Shown here in pieces: positions 30,593 to 45,344 of a DNA stretch of 64,000 bases. The notes beneath the pieces were generated by a model. That model saw nothing but the letters and a program-made list of their open reading frames with translations. It made no database searches and was not told where the DNA came from. Each line of letters opens with the position of its first letter. Position 1 is the first letter of the stretch. The translations under genes and the position numbers were made by a program. The stretch lies in the NCBI GenBank assembly GCA_951406725.2, contig OX597820.1, positions 32,178,001 to 32,242,000 of the forward strand. Direction: 5' to 3'. The DNA comes from Octopus vulgaris (taxonomy: Eukaryota).

Positions 30593-30953
30593 GTTCGTGT
30601 GTGTGTCCCTCCAGATCTGACCCGTTTTATCCTATAAAGGTTTATTTATCGGAAATAAGCGGGATTAACGTTAAACTCGGCTTTGAAGAAACATGGACGT
30701 CGGGGGTTAGAATGTGACGGGAAGGCGAGAGAATGAACAGGGGGCCGGAGGTGATGGTGCGAGGATAAGTAGTGAAAGTGGTGGTAGGAGGTGAAGTGTA
30801 GAAGAGCAGCTAGAAGGGCAGAGGAAAGTGGGGGGAGTGTGGTGATGATAAGCGGTGTAGTCGGGGATGGCGGAGAGAAATGGACAGATGAAAACAAGGT
30901 CTGTAAATACATGAATACGCAAGCTTACATACATATACGCATGTGCATAAGTA

Positions 30954-31024
<71 letters not shown>

Positions 31025-31048
31025 GTATATATATACACACACACACAT

Positions 31049-31095
<47 letters not shown>

Positions 31096-31102
31096 CATAT
31101 AC

Positions 31103-31145
<43 letters not shown>

Positions 31146-31150
31146 GTATG

Positions 31151-31191
<41 letters not shown>

Positions 31192-31264
31192 GCTTGTATG
31201 CATATATATGCATATATTAAAGCATATATCTGCATATGTATATGTATGCGTATATATTATATAG

Positions 31265-31430
31265 ACGCGGCTGTGTGGTAAGAAAATTGCTTCCCATCCA
31301 GATGGTTCCGGATTCAGCCCCACTGCGAGGCAACTTGGGCTAGTATCTTCTACTATTAACTTTTGATCGACCAATGTCTTGTGTGTGGATGTAGTAGACG
31401 GAAACTGAAAGAAGCCTGTCGTATATATAT
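31265..31430 (+). mobile_element. SINE family A 5' half
   Basis: Head to gaagcctgtcgtata, then lost in microsatellite. Confidence 0.85.
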
Positions 31431-32032
31431 ATGTATATGTGTGTGTGAATATATGAATATATATATACTTATACATATGCATATACATATACATACATAT
31501 ATATATATATATATATATTTGTATCCATCTCTCTCTCTCTCTTTCACTCTTTTTCCCTCTCTCTTCCTCTCTCCCTCCCTCTACGCATACACACACATAT
31601 GTGTGTATATATATATATGTATATATATATGCGTGTGTGAGTGTGTGTGTCTGTATATGTACACGCAGGCACACAGACACACGCACACATGTACACGAAC
31701 GCACACACACTCGTACACACATGCATTGCGCGCACGCACACACGCAAACATATGCAAGCACACACACGCATTTATATGTAGCTTATTCGATTATACAGAT
31801 ATACACCCACGGAAATATTTTCTGTCGTCCTCATTGTTTGCCCTCTGTTCCTATATACACTGCTCCCGTCTAAGTCTTGCCAATAAACCCGAAGGAGATC
31901 CACTGATGAGACCAAATATGGGTGAAACATGTCTGTTAATTTCATTAGGTGGTTCTAACAGCAAAATACTCTCCTAACTGCATTTATCTTTTATTTTTTA
32001 CAAAGCGATAATAATATAAAATATAATAAAAG

Positions 32033-32608
32033 GAGCTTGCTTACCAACCACATGGTTCCGGGTTCAGTCCCACTACGTAGGGCTTGGGCAAGTGTCTTCT
32101 ACTATAGCTTCGGGCCGACCAAAGCATTGTGATTGGATTTGGTAGACGGAAACTGAAAGAAGCCTGTCGTATATATGTGTATATATGTATGTGTGTGTTG
32201 TATAAGTGTGTGTGTCTGTGTTTATCCCCCACCCCACCACCAACATCGCTTGACAACGGATTAAGTCGATTATATCGACCCCAGTGCGTAACTGGCACTT
32301 AATTTATCGACCCCGAAAGGATGAAAGGCAATGTCGACCCCGGCGGAATTTGAACTCAGAACGTAACGGCGGACGAAATGCCTATTTCTTTACTAACCAC
32401 AAGGGGTTAAACACAGATGGGACAAACAAGGACAGACAAACAGATTAAGTCGATTATATCGACCCCAGTGCGTAAGTGGTACTTATTTAATCGACCCCGA
32501 AAGGATGAAAGGCAAATTCTACCTCGGCGGAATTTGAACTCAGAATGTAGTGGCAGACGAAATACCGCTAAACATTTCGCCCGGCGTGCTGACGCTTCTG
32601 CCAGCTCG
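32033..32608. mobile_element. SINE family A 5' part (+, 32033-32258) joined to a family B dimer (-, 32259-32608)
   Basis: Switch occurs at cttgacaacgg|attaagtcgat. Confidence 0.88.
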
Positions 32609-33775
32609 CTCCCTCTTCTTGACGCCCCAGATGATAATCCAAGGGAAAAGGCCTTCGATTTCATCGTTTTATTACCTCAATTGTGTCGAAGCACATTGAC
32701 TATGCATCGATTAATTTGGTAAAATAATCAGGAATTTAGCAATATATGTTTGTCATCATTACACTGGTTTTGGTTAACATGAAGTTTTGAGGGAAGATTT
32801 TAATTTAAGTTACTTTAAGTATGGCGTCTGTACTAGGAGCAATGTTGGGCCTGTCATCAGCCCGTTATGGATTGGAATCAGTGTCGTTGCAGCCATTTCT
32901 GTCAGAACATAAAGAGTCGGATCAAATACCTCGAGATACCTTGTTCCTGCCTCTCAGTTCCACCACATTACCATCCTGGATTGGTGTTTTTATATCGACA
33001 CCAAAAGGGATGAAACGCAAACTAAACTTGAATCGGATTTGAACCCGTGTTTATCAGCGTTTCTTTTATCTTTACGTTTTGAGTTCAAATTCCACCGGGG
33101 TTGATTTTACCTTTCATCATTTCGGAGTCGATAAGTACCAGTCAAGCATTGGGCTCGACGTAATCAACTAACCCCACTCTCCCCCCCAAATTGCAGGCCT
33201 TGTACCTATAGTATAAAGCAAGGTCAGACAAATGCCTTGCCTGGCAAGCGTGTGCTTACCACTGAAGTGATCCAATAAGATCGAAATTTCGTGATCTGGT
33301 GGCCGTGGAGCTAGGGTAGCAGGAGTTCTGTCCTGCTTGCAATGAATATTGGGTGCGAAAGCGCACTGAATAACCAGTTGGAGGAGAAGTTTTTCCTAAG
33401 GATGAATTAGCAGTACCATCGGGTCTTAGAGATCACTCGCATTAAAGTGGCGATAAACATTAAAAAGTATCTATTTTTTTAAAGAATTATAGTGTGTTTT
33501 GAGAGGGAGTTTCGGTGTTATTTTCAACAGATCAAAACCCACCTAGAAGCGCTCGCGTTGTTTCAGGATATAGGTTTTATTTCGAGGATAAAAAGTAAAA
33601 TGTTAAAATTTAATATGGCTGCTTTTCTACGTCTCTGGTTGTTTTTTTTTTATAATCTCTTTATAAGTTTCTGTCTGTTTTTCTGTCCGCTTCTCTCTCT
33701 GTCTCTGTCTTTGTCTCTCTCTGTCTTTTTCTCAGACTGTGTATCTCTTTATTCAGCTATACCTACCAGTGCATG

Positions 33776-33847
<72 letters not shown>

Positions 33848-34231
33848 CCTACCTACCTACCTACCTACCTACCTACCTACCTACCTACCTACCTACCTGG
33901 CTACCTACCTACCTACCAGCATCATGGCTGTCCTAGTTGTGAAATCTATCAAGCTGCGTCCTCTGCATGCGATTAATTATTACACCTTCTGAATCTATCG
34001 AAGCATTAAGCATCCTGCATATACCATCGACATTTCAAAGACTGGTTAAACAAAATTTAACGAGGTGTGGTGGCGTTTATTGTTAAGCAAAGAAGATTCT
34101 GTGACATAAACAACTCGTAACCGCAGGTTTCAAAACGTGATGTAAATAAATATACTTATCGGTAATTAAATATATTATACTCTATTAAATAGGAAATCGA
34201 AGGATTATTTCGTTTCCTTCCTTAATTTACC

Positions 34232-34289
<58 letters not shown>

Positions 34290-34604
34290 ATATTTGTAAT
34301 TCTTCAGTTCTTGAATTCTTTGGTTCGGTTTAAACATTGCAGCTAAAGGTCGTGCTTTGATGAAGAACCATATCTTGTTTTGTTAATCTTGATTTTTTTT
34401 TTCTTTTCGACTGTTTTAAAACTGAGGCTCCCTGTTGTCCTGTGTACCGTTCATTGTGGATTTAGTTGACGGAAACTGTACGGAACCCTACTGCTCCGCA
34501 CATACACATACATATGTACAAAAACATGCATACATGTATACATATATATACATATATACATATATACATATATACATATATACATATATATATGTATATA
34601 TATG

Positions 34605-34637
<33 letters not shown>

Positions 34638-35086
34638 ATACATATTTGCTGTTATGTAAAGTTATAATAAAAAACCATTTTAGATTAAACTGAAGGATGA
34701 TTCAATACATTGTGTTGAGTATATATTAATTATGTTTTTAGAAGTAGAGTGGTGACAGTGATTTCGAAGTTTCGGCCTGCTACCCTTCATCGGTCAGAAA
34801 ACTTGCACAGAGTGATGACGGCTAGCATACCGATACTTCGAAGTCACTGTCACCACTCTTCTTGTAAAAATATACATGCCAGCATACATACATACATACA
34901 TACATACATACATACATACATACATACATGCATAAATACATACATACACTCACACACATAAATATATATGTATGAGTGTGAATTAATATATATTTATATA
35001 TATATATGCATAGTTATATTTATATATATGTATATATTTATATATATGTATATACGTATATATATATGTATATATATATGTATGCG

Positions 35087-35410
35087 TGGAGACGCAATGG
35101 CCCAGTGGTTAGGGCAGCGGACTCGCGGTCATAGGATCGCGGTTTCGATTCCCAGACCGGGCGTTGTGAGTGTTTATTGAGCGAAAACACCTAAAAAAGC
35201 TCCACGAGGCTCCGGCAGGGGATGGTGGTGATCCCTGCTGTACTCTTTCACCACAACTTTCTCTCACTCTTATTTCTTGTTTCTGTTGTATTTCAAGGGG
35301 CCGGCCTTATCACTCTCTGTGTCACGCTGAATATCCCCGAGAACTACGTTAAGGGTGCACGTTAATTTCACGGAACCCTCATCGTCGTAACCGACGGAGT
35401 GCTGCCACCC
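35087..35410 (+). mobile_element. tRNA-derived SINE family D
   Basis: TGGCCCAGTGGTTAGGGC A box, GGTTTCGATTCCC B box; 3' module shared with 16165-16270. Confidence 0.8.
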
Positions 35411-35467
35411 ATATGTATGAATATATATATATTATATATATATATATAAATACATATACATGTATAT

Positions 35468-35572
<105 letters not shown>

Positions 35573-35819
35573 AAAGTAAGATAGGGGTTATGAAAGTAAC
35601 CCACTATGGAATATCAGTTATCCAATATACTGCTGGTAAAGTACCCAAATACTAAATACATAAATACTTATAATTGCAATGCAATTAATTCATTTATTGT
35701 ATTGAATGGGTGAAGGTAAAAATATATTACCGTAAATTCATAATACAAATAAGAAAATGGAGAAACAAATTCATTTCGATCATCAACTTACGGATAAATG
35801 TATTTTTTTTCTCCATTTT

Positions 35820-35880
<61 letters not shown>

Positions 35881-35883
<3 letters not shown>

Positions 35884-36137
35884 GTTCTCGAGCAAGGCAC
35901 TTTATTTCACGTTGCTCTAGTTCACTCAGCTGTAGAAATGAGTTGCGACGTCACAGGTGCCAAGCTGTATCGACCTTTGTCTTTCCCTTGGATAACACTG
36001 GTGGCGTGGAGAGGGGAGGCTGGTATGCATGGGCGACTGCTAGCCTTCCATAAACAACCTTGCCCGGACTTGTGTCTAGGAGGGTAACTTTCTAGGTGCA
36101 ATCCCATGGTCATTCATGACCGAAGGGAGTCTTTACC

Positions 36138-36140
<3 letters not shown>
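35881..36140 (+). mobile_element. SINE family C (5'-truncated) inside a (TA)n array
   Basis: Homologous to 3357-3625; (TA)n on both sides. Confidence 0.88.
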
Positions 36141-36184
<44 letters not shown>

Positions 36185-36404
36185 GGACATTACTATACAT
36201 AAATGTCTCACGGTAGGAGGGACTTTTAATGTCAAAACTACCATAATAAACACATTGTACCGAACGCGAGGGAATGCCCATAATATAAATAAATATATTT
36301 ATAGGGAATAACTAATAATTTTTCCCTTATGAGGTTTTTCAGGCTATCTACTTGATAAACTCTTATAAAGATTTTATCCTTTTTTGAAATTATATATATA
36401 TATA

Positions 36405-36436
36405 CTAGCACAATACCCGATCTCATCAGGTTGCAA
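36405..36436 (-). mobile_element. Possible Helitron 3' terminus
   Basis: Minus strand acctga-tgaga-tcgggt hairpin followed about 7 nt later by CTAG|T. Confidence 0.35.
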
Positions 36437-36742
36437 AGTGAATATGTTTGATTCACAATTGCTCTTAATCAAAGAATATTAACAAGACACTATTTACATT
36501 TTTCTGGATATGCTATCTTTCCAAAGTTGTCTTTGCCGAACCGCTAAGTTATAGGGACGTAAACAAATCCAGCACTAATTGTGGGCTTCTGCAAACACAA
36601 AGACACATTCAGGCACACACAAACAGAACCACATACACACATCACACACACACACACAAACAGATACACGCAGATACTTACATACACAGAAACAGATACC
36701 CGCACATACACAAAGAGACAAATAGACACAAACACATGTATG

Positions 36743-36776
<34 letters not shown>

Positions 36777-37165
36777 TGTATGTATGCAAACTGTAGTAGA
36801 TTTCAATCCGTAGGTCATTTGATGATGGGGGAGTGGGGAGGGGGCGTTGTGAACGTTTTACCAGTAAGACAATAAAAGAAGATAGGAAAAAGAAGATAGG
36901 AAAAAGAAGATCGAAAAAAGTTGTAAAATGTGGTGGGGAGGTGCGGGTGACAGGTGAGGGACGAAAGGTGAAGAAGAAATGAAGGGTAATGGTGGGTGGG
37001 GAGTTTGTTTACGTTATATAAATTCCTAATAAAGGTATTAGCCCGAATCTATACCATTGAAATTTCAAAGAAAGCTCGTTAGAGAGGAAGAATAAAGGAT
37101 GGATGGATGGATGGAATAAATTAAACGAAAATAAATAGGAACAGGTTCGTGGGGTTAAGCGAGTG

Positions 37166-37200
<35 letters not shown>

Positions 37201-37419
37201 GAGTTGGGGGTGGATTGAGAGAGTGTGTCTTAAGAGACATGAAAGGGTTAATCGGTTGCGGAGAAAAAGACGGATGTATTGTTGTATTTCGTTATCGGTG
37301 ATTACAGAATTAAATATAAATGATGTTAGGATAGAATGAAGGGTTAACTAGAAAAGAGAGAGGGAGGGACTTATGTATACAAAGTCAAATGTATGATGCG
37401 CGCGTGGAGGTATGGTCAG

Positions 37420-37732
37420 ATGCTTGTCTCCCAACCACATGGTTCCGAGTTCAGTCCCACTGAGTGGTATCAACTATAGCCTCGGGCCGACCAAAGCCTT
37501 GTGAGAGGATTTGGTAGCCAGAAACTGAAAAAGGATCGCCGTATTTATAAATATATTACTCTTTTACTCTTTTACTTGTTTCAGTCATTTGACTGCGGCC
37601 ATGCTGGAGCACAGCCTTTAGTCGACCAAATCGACCCCAGCACTTATTCTTTGTAAGCCTAGTACTTAATTCTTTCGGTCTCTTTCGCCGAACCGCTAAG
37701 TTACGGGGACGTAAACACACAGCATCGGTGTG
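37420..37732. mobile_element. SINE family A 5' half (+, 37420-37545) abutting a family A 3' part (-, 37556-37732)
   Basis: Similarity to the 58248-58663 copy; the same arrangement occurs at 39500-39720 (+) / 39748-40020 (-). Confidence 0.85.
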
Positions 37733-39073
37733 TTTTCTTTGATGTAACGAAAGTATTTGGCACACTAAATAGTGTAGAGAATAATGCCTGTGAATGGTGT
37801 ATAATATGTTAAGAAAGCTACACAAATGGCGTTTATGATTTAATGTCGTTTCATAAGCATACACAGAGTTTATTTTTACCTGGTAAGCTTTCCGCAGTAT
37901 CAGTAAATATATTATGCTCGTTATACATCGGAGGTGACAGATTTCTTCTACACATCTGACTATAGGGAGTACGTCATTGTAAACCCCAAGTAAGGCGAAA
38001 CGCATCTGGCAGATTGATACCAATTCGGTTGTTCCATTAATAAGTATGAAACTAAAAATGCATCTTGGGTCCTGGATCTGCAAACACATTTATATCCAGA
38101 AGACATCTGATTTCCGCAACAGAGGATATCTTTCCCAAGTAACTTCACACAACAATATCCAGCCAGTTGCGCTTTAGTTTGGTGGCTGTTTAATTTTAAA
38201 TTCCACCAATAGTCTTTTGATCCATCAATCTCGACATAATCCACATTGTACTAACCACCGCATTATGCTTCACGGAAAGATAATATTTGGAAGACATTCT
38301 CTCATAGCAGGCAATTATAGTATAAGCTTATGTGTTGAAGAAGAGAGCAATATATGCCATCAAAGTGACACTGGGAGGCAAACATACGAAGCCCAATATA
38401 CTCATCATGACTACCTGTATGAAAAGTGTATACCAAGCACATGCAACAGAACCGTATGCATGCGACCTCGTGATCTCATACGAAGATGAACAGCGCATGA
38501 CTTTGCAAGTGGGACCCAGTTAGAATTTTCTTCAGGTTGAGAGCACATCCCTCTCAAAAGGTCCTTGAATAAGGCTTGTTTAATGATGTTGAACGAAACA
38601 CCCATGTTTCCAGAGGTGAATTATTCAAACTCTAAAGAATTCTCGTAACACATGACTATAATGGTTCCCCATTTTACCTGCTCGTAATCTACCGCAAAGA
38701 GACATGCTGAACTGGTTCAGGTCATGCAAATGATAAGCAAATCTGTGATATTGGGCAGAATATTTGCGGTAGTCTATCTTTTACACCGAGGTAAAACATG
38801 TTAACATTTCCAACCACTTAGCAACAGTAGCAATGAGAACCTCTACTTGGTGTATGTATGTATGTATGTATGTATGTATGTATGTATGTATGTATGTATG
38901 TATGTATGCATGTATGCATGTATGTATGTATGTATGTATGTATGTATATGTGCATGTGTATATATATATGTGTGCATGTGTATGTATGTATGTATGTATG
39001 TATGTATGTATGTACGTATGTATGTATATATACATACACACACACACATACACACACACATAAAAATATAAAA

Positions 39074-39211
<138 letters not shown>

Positions 39212-39747
39212 GTATATATGTAATATATATGCTCTCAGATTGACACACTAGCACATGGTATATAATGTTTCGGTTTCTAAGTGTGAAAATATTATATATT
39301 TACACCTGTTTCCCATTTATCTCTGAAGGTTTGATGAATGTCTCAATATCTCATCTCTATAATATCTCCCCTCCTTATAATTCTGCAGTTTAGATTTTTA
39401 TTTCCTATTTATTTAACGATAAACAGATTCATTTTTCATTGATACCATCGTCTACCTTAGATATAAATATTCATTAATAAATATATAGGAAGCACAGACG
39501 TGGTTGTATAGGTGCAGGGAAGGGTGTGTGGTTTAGAGAGGTATGGTCATGGAATTAGGAGGGGTATAGGCACGGCTTCACAAACACGTGGTTTCAATCT
39601 CAGTTGTACTGCGCAAGCCCCTTGAGCGAAGTGTCTTTTACTATATATACTGTCGATTGGGCCCACTAAATACCTGTGAATGGATTTGGCAGACGGAAAC
39701 TAAAAGAAGCCCCTCCTATATTTATATGTGTAAATATATATATCTCT

Positions 39748-40020
39748 TCTACTCTTTTACTTGTTTCAGTCATTTGACTGTGGCCATGCTGGAGCATCCC
39801 CTTTAGTCGAGCAAATCGACCCCAGGACTTATTCTTTGTAAGCCTAGTACTTATTCTATCGGTCTCTTTTTGCCGAACCGCTAAGTTACGGGCACGTATA
39901 CACACCAGCATCGATTGTCAAGCGATGTTGGGAGGAACAAACACAGACACACAAACATATACACACACACATATATATACACGACGGGCTTCTTTCAGCT
40001 TCTATCTACGAAATCCACTC
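39748..40020 (-). mobile_element. SINE family A 3' two-thirds, truncated at the inverted-repeat boundary
   Basis: Ends at aatccactc, where the full copies continue with acaagg. Confidence 0.9.
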
Positions 40021-40299
40021 TGTAAATACGTGCGTGTGTATGTGTGCATGTGTGTGTATGTGTGTGTATATGTGTGTGTGTGGTCACGAAACTGCTTTTG
40101 ATGTATCCGCTGATCCTCAACTCTGAGTGGCAGCTTTGACAGAAAGAATCTTCTCTATTAGCAAGCAAGCCATCACCATCATCACAATCACCATCACCAT
40201 CATCATCACCATCATCCTCTTCTTCCCCGTCACCATGACCACCACCACCACTACCATCATGATTATCTCCAACACCAGCACAGTTACCGTCACCATCAC

Positions 40300-40346
<47 letters not shown>

Positions 40347-40725
40347 CTTTCACCATCATCATCGTCAACATCACCATCAGCGTCATGGCCAGCTATAGCA
40401 TTGCCCATCGCCATCACCATCACTACCACTTGCAAAAACCACCGAAACCATTTTCTACACCATCCATCATCATCATCGTCACATCGTCACATCACCCTCA
40501 TCGTTGTCCCTCCACCTCCACCTCCACCTCCACCACCACGACCATTCTCTTCGTCACCATCATCATCTTCATCATCATAATCACCGTTATCATCATCATC
40601 GTTGTCGTCGTCACAATCATGTTCTTCATCATCTTCACCATCATCATCATCTTCATCATAGTCACTATCCTCATCGTCATCGTCATCATCTTCATCATAG
40701 TCACCATCCTCATCGTCATCATCAT
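40019..40725 (+). repeat. Left arm of a long inverted duplication
   Basis: Reverse complement of 42734-43430; ORF translations on opposite strands are identical (e.g. 40127+ vs 43332-, 40386- vs 43073+). Confidence 0.95.
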
Positions 40726-41596
40726 TCCTCGGTGGAATTTGAACGCAGAACGTATCGGCTGACGAAATGCCGCTAAGCATTTCGCCCAGCGTGCTAACGA
40801 TTCTGCCAGCTCGTCATAGCATCTATGTTCTTTATGGTTTTGGTTAGTCTTAATTCGAAAGTTTGGGTTAGTGGAAAGCGTATAGACGAATTAAGGCGAC
40901 ATGTATTAATTAATGGTAAATAACGAAAAAAAAAAAACAAAAACAAAAACAAAACAAAAAGGGAAAACAATAGAAGAGACATAGAAAGGTAGGGAGGGGC
41001 GAAAGATGGAGGAGAGCGGGTAGCAGAGGGGTAGAAAGTGGGGGAGGAGAAAGGAACTGGGAGTTTTATAGAAATCGGTCAGTGACTGGGGATTGAGAAG
41101 ACTTTGAATGGCATTTGCAATATTTGGGAAACCAGTATCGTCTGATAGGAACTTGACGGTTTTCTCCAAGCTTTGGATTTATGTATGCATGCATGTATGT
41201 TTGTGTGTATGTAGGTATGTGTGCATGTATGTATGTATGTATGTATGTATGTATGTATGTATGTATGTATGTATGTGTGTGTGTATGTGTATGTGTGTAT
41301 GTAAGTATGTATTCATGTATGCATGAATGCATGTATGTATGTATACACAAATAAGCAAATACATGCATAGATACATACATACATACATATATGTATATAT
41401 GGACGCGCTGACATATATATATACTTATGTTTGTATGCATGTATGTATATATGTATGTATGTATGTATGTTCATATATATATATGTGTGTGTATATATGT
41501 GTGTATATATATACATCTATATATATATATATTTATACGTATATACATACATACAGAGATACACAAACACACAGCCATAATACAAACATATGTGTC

Positions 41597-41670
<74 letters not shown>

Positions 41671-42733
41671 ATTCTATATACTTCATATCCATCACATCCA
41701 GATATAAACAGCTTACAAATGCCAAAAATAAAAGTTGGGCGGAGTTCAGATGGACAGAAAATGTCTGCGGTCGGAGTGGCGGCCATTGCGATCGTAACAG
41801 TCGCGTCGGGCGTGGCGGTCATGGTGGTCGTGGCGGGAGTGGTGCGAGTGGTGGTGGTGGTTTTATTGGTGGTCAGCGCCGGAGGTGGGATAACGAAGTC
41901 CTTTAGTTCCGATGTCGGAGATGATTGATTTTAAGGTGTTGCTGGAGCTGGTGGCGACGATGCCCGTGGTGGTGATGATGTTGATGGTGCTAGAGATGGT
42001 GGTGGTAGTGGTGCTGGTGCGGGGTTGTGGTGGTATTAGAAACTTTGTTCTGCTCCATGATGTGGTCACTTTGGTTGTTGTGGTACAATTATTGGTGGGG
42101 TTGGTGGTCGTAATGGAATTGGTGGGGGTTGGTGACGGATTGTCTGTGGCAAAGTCTACGTCCTTTGGTCCGTAGTTGAAGTTAGTGTTCATGGCGAGTT
42201 TGCAGAGGCGTCAAATTCGTTGCAGTAGTAGTAGTAGTAGTAGTAGTGATGGTGGTGGTGGTGATGGTGGTAGTAGTAGTTGTAGTAGTAGCGATAGTGG
42301 TGATGGTAGTGGTTGTAGTTGTAGTTGAAGTAGTAGTGATAGTGGTGGTGGCGGTGGTAGTAGTTGTAGTAGTAGTAGTAGTGATGATGGTGGTGGTAGT
42401 GGTAGTAGTAGTAGTAGTAGTAGGAGGAGGAGGAGGAGGAGCAGCAGCAGCAGCATCAGCAGCATTTGTTGTTGCTGTCATTGTACAATATTTTAGTGTT
42501 TGTTGAGTTAGGATTTTGATTGATGGATTGATGGATTGATGGATTGATGGATTGATTGATTGATGGTTGATGATGATGATGATGTGTGTGTATGTTTATG
42601 TATGTGTGCATGCGTGTGCGTGTGTGCACGCGCGTGCATATGTGTGACTATGATGATGGTGATGATGGTGACGATGGAGACGATGATGATGATGATGATG
42701 ATGATGGTGACTATGACGATGATGATGATGATG

Positions 42734-43112
42734 ATGATGATGACGATGAGGATGGTGACTATGATGAAGATGATGACGATGACGATGAGGATAGTGACTA
42801 TGATGAAGATGATGATGATGGTGAAGATGATGAAGAACATGATTGTGACGACGACAACGATGATGATGATAACGGTGATTATGATGATGAAGATGATGAT
42901 GGTGACGAAGAGAATGGTCGTGGTGGTGGAGGTGGAGGTGGAGGTGGAGGGACAACGATGAGGGTGATGTGACGATGTGACGATGATGATGATGGATGGT
43001 GTAGAAAATGGTTTCGGTGGTTTTTGCAAGTGGTAGTGATGGTGATGGCGATGGGCAATGCTATAGCTGGCCATGACGCTGATGGTGATGTTGACGATGA
43101 TGATGGTGAAAG

Positions 43113-43159
<47 letters not shown>

Positions 43160-43430
43160 GTGATGGTGACGGTAACTGTGCTGGTGTTGGAGATAATCAT
43201 GATGGTAGTGGTGGTGGTGGTCATGGTGACGGGGAAGAAGAGGATGATGGTGATGATGATGGTGATGGTGATTGTGATGATGGTGATGGCTTGCTTGCTA
43301 ATAGAGAAGATTCTTTCTGTCAAAGCTGCCACTCAGAGTTGAGGATCAGCGGATACATCAAAAGCAGTTTCGTGACCACACACACACACATACACACACA
43401 TGCACACATACACACGTGCGTATTTACAGA
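42734..43430 (-). repeat. Right arm of the long inverted duplication
   Basis: Paired coordinates sum to 83459 across the core (40498/42961, 40127/43332, 40117/43342). Confidence 0.95.
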
Positions 43431-43730
43431 CGCATACCTGCATACACATACACACATATGCAAACACATGTACACACATACGCATACACAGCTACACAAA
43501 CACCAGCATACGCACATGCATCTACATATAGATACCTCGAGATACACGAACACATACACACACACACACACACAACATCATACACACAAGCGTGCGCGTA
43601 CACACACACACAAGAGTGCGTACACACCCATACGCACGCATACCTGCACACACACACACACATACACACGCACATGCATACACAGCTACACAAACACCAA
43701 CATACGCACATGCATCTACATACACTCACT

Positions 43731-44145
43731 TTACTCTTTTACTTGTTTCAGTCATGTGACTGTGTCCATGCTGGAGCACCGCTTTTAGTCGAAGAAATCG
43801 ACCCCAGGACTTATTCTTTGTAAGCCTAGTGCTTATTCTATCATTCATTTTTGCCGAACCGCTAAGTTACGAAGACGTAAACACACCAGCATCGGTTGTC
43901 AAGCGATGTTGCGGGACAAACACAGACACACAAACATATACACACACTTACATGCATATATATATATATATATATATATACGACGGGCTTCTTCCAGTTT
44001 CCGTCTACCAAATCCACTCACAAGGCTTTGATCGGACTGAGGCTATAGCAGAAGACACTTGCCCAAGGGGCCACGCAGTGTGACTGAACAGGGAACCATG
44101 TGGTTGGTAAGCAAGCTACTTACCACGCAGCCACTTCCTGCACCT
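43731..44145 (-). mobile_element. SINE family A, full length
   Basis: Reverse complement of the 58248-58663 copy. Confidence 0.93.
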
Positions 44146-44740
44146 ATCTTGAAATACACAAACACATACATCCACACTAACATATACATCCACACACACA
44201 CACATTCACACACGCACATTCACACACACATACAAACGCATACAAAAACACATACACACATTACTACATACGTGCCTATACAGACTTCAATTACTCTCTT
44301 AGTGGTACCATCAATGTCTGCTCTCTCGTATCGCCCCCCCACCACCACCACTGCTCTACACCACTGACTCCTACTCTTTCTACTCCACCTTTCACCGACT
44401 TTCTCGACTTCATCTTCGCCTTCCGATGTCTTCGTTACCACCGCCATTAATACCGATGCGGCCACCGCCTCTTTCGCCACCGACTCTCCCATCATCACCA
44501 CCACCACCACAACCATTCTTCATCATCATTATCGTCGTCGTCCTCCTCCACTTCTCCCTTGTTCTAGCCACGTAACTTCCTCTTCTCCCCTCCTCCACCA
44601 CCAAGTCCTACTCCCCTTCCCCCTCGTCGTCGTCGTCGTCGTCGTCGTCGTTGTTGTAGTTCTTCTTCTTTCGTTCTGATCAACTTTTTTTCTTTCTCTT
44701 CTCTAGTTTCTTCTCTAGACGCTGCTGCTGCTGCTGCTGT

Positions 44741-44796
<56 letters not shown>

Positions 44797-45310
44797 TCAG
44801 TTCAGTGATATATTTCCGTAGTCTTCGTATTTTTCTGGAGTTGAACGAACGCACTCACCATTATACATACATACATAATACATACAGACATACATACATA
44901 CATACATAATACATACATACATAATACATACATACATGCATACATACATACAGGTATACAAACATACTTATATACGTAATATACAAACATAGATACAAAC
45001 ATACGAACGTATAAACATACATACATGTATACGTACATATATATATATAATATACGTACATACATACCTACATACATGCATAGATACAAACATACATAGA
45101 TATATATGCACATACGTACAAACATACATGCATACTTACATACATAAAACCATGCATGCACACATACATACCTACAGACATACATATATACGTACATTCA
45201 TACGTATATACACACATATATACATAATATATGAATATGTACAGTGATATATGTATGTATGCATTCATATGCATACATGCATTCATGCATGCGTACAAAT
45301 TATACATACA

Positions 45311-45344
<34 letters not shown>

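Noticed and set aside
33260-33396. Minus-strand exon candidate (ccttAG ... G|GTAAGC)
   Set aside because: Translation contains QDRTPA and PPRSRNFDL/LDHF, better explained as decayed Tc1/mariner motifs (QDGAPxH, WPPRSPDLNPLD); cannot be supported as a host exon.
35087-35165. tRNA gene
   Set aside because: A and B boxes are present but there is no proper acceptor stem or terminator, and it continues into a SINE body; the same applies to the other SINE heads.
37740-38830. ORFs of 63-177 aa in apparently unique sequence
   Set aside because: No domain signature; the region looks like an unclassified old interspersed repeat that I cannot confirm from this window alone.
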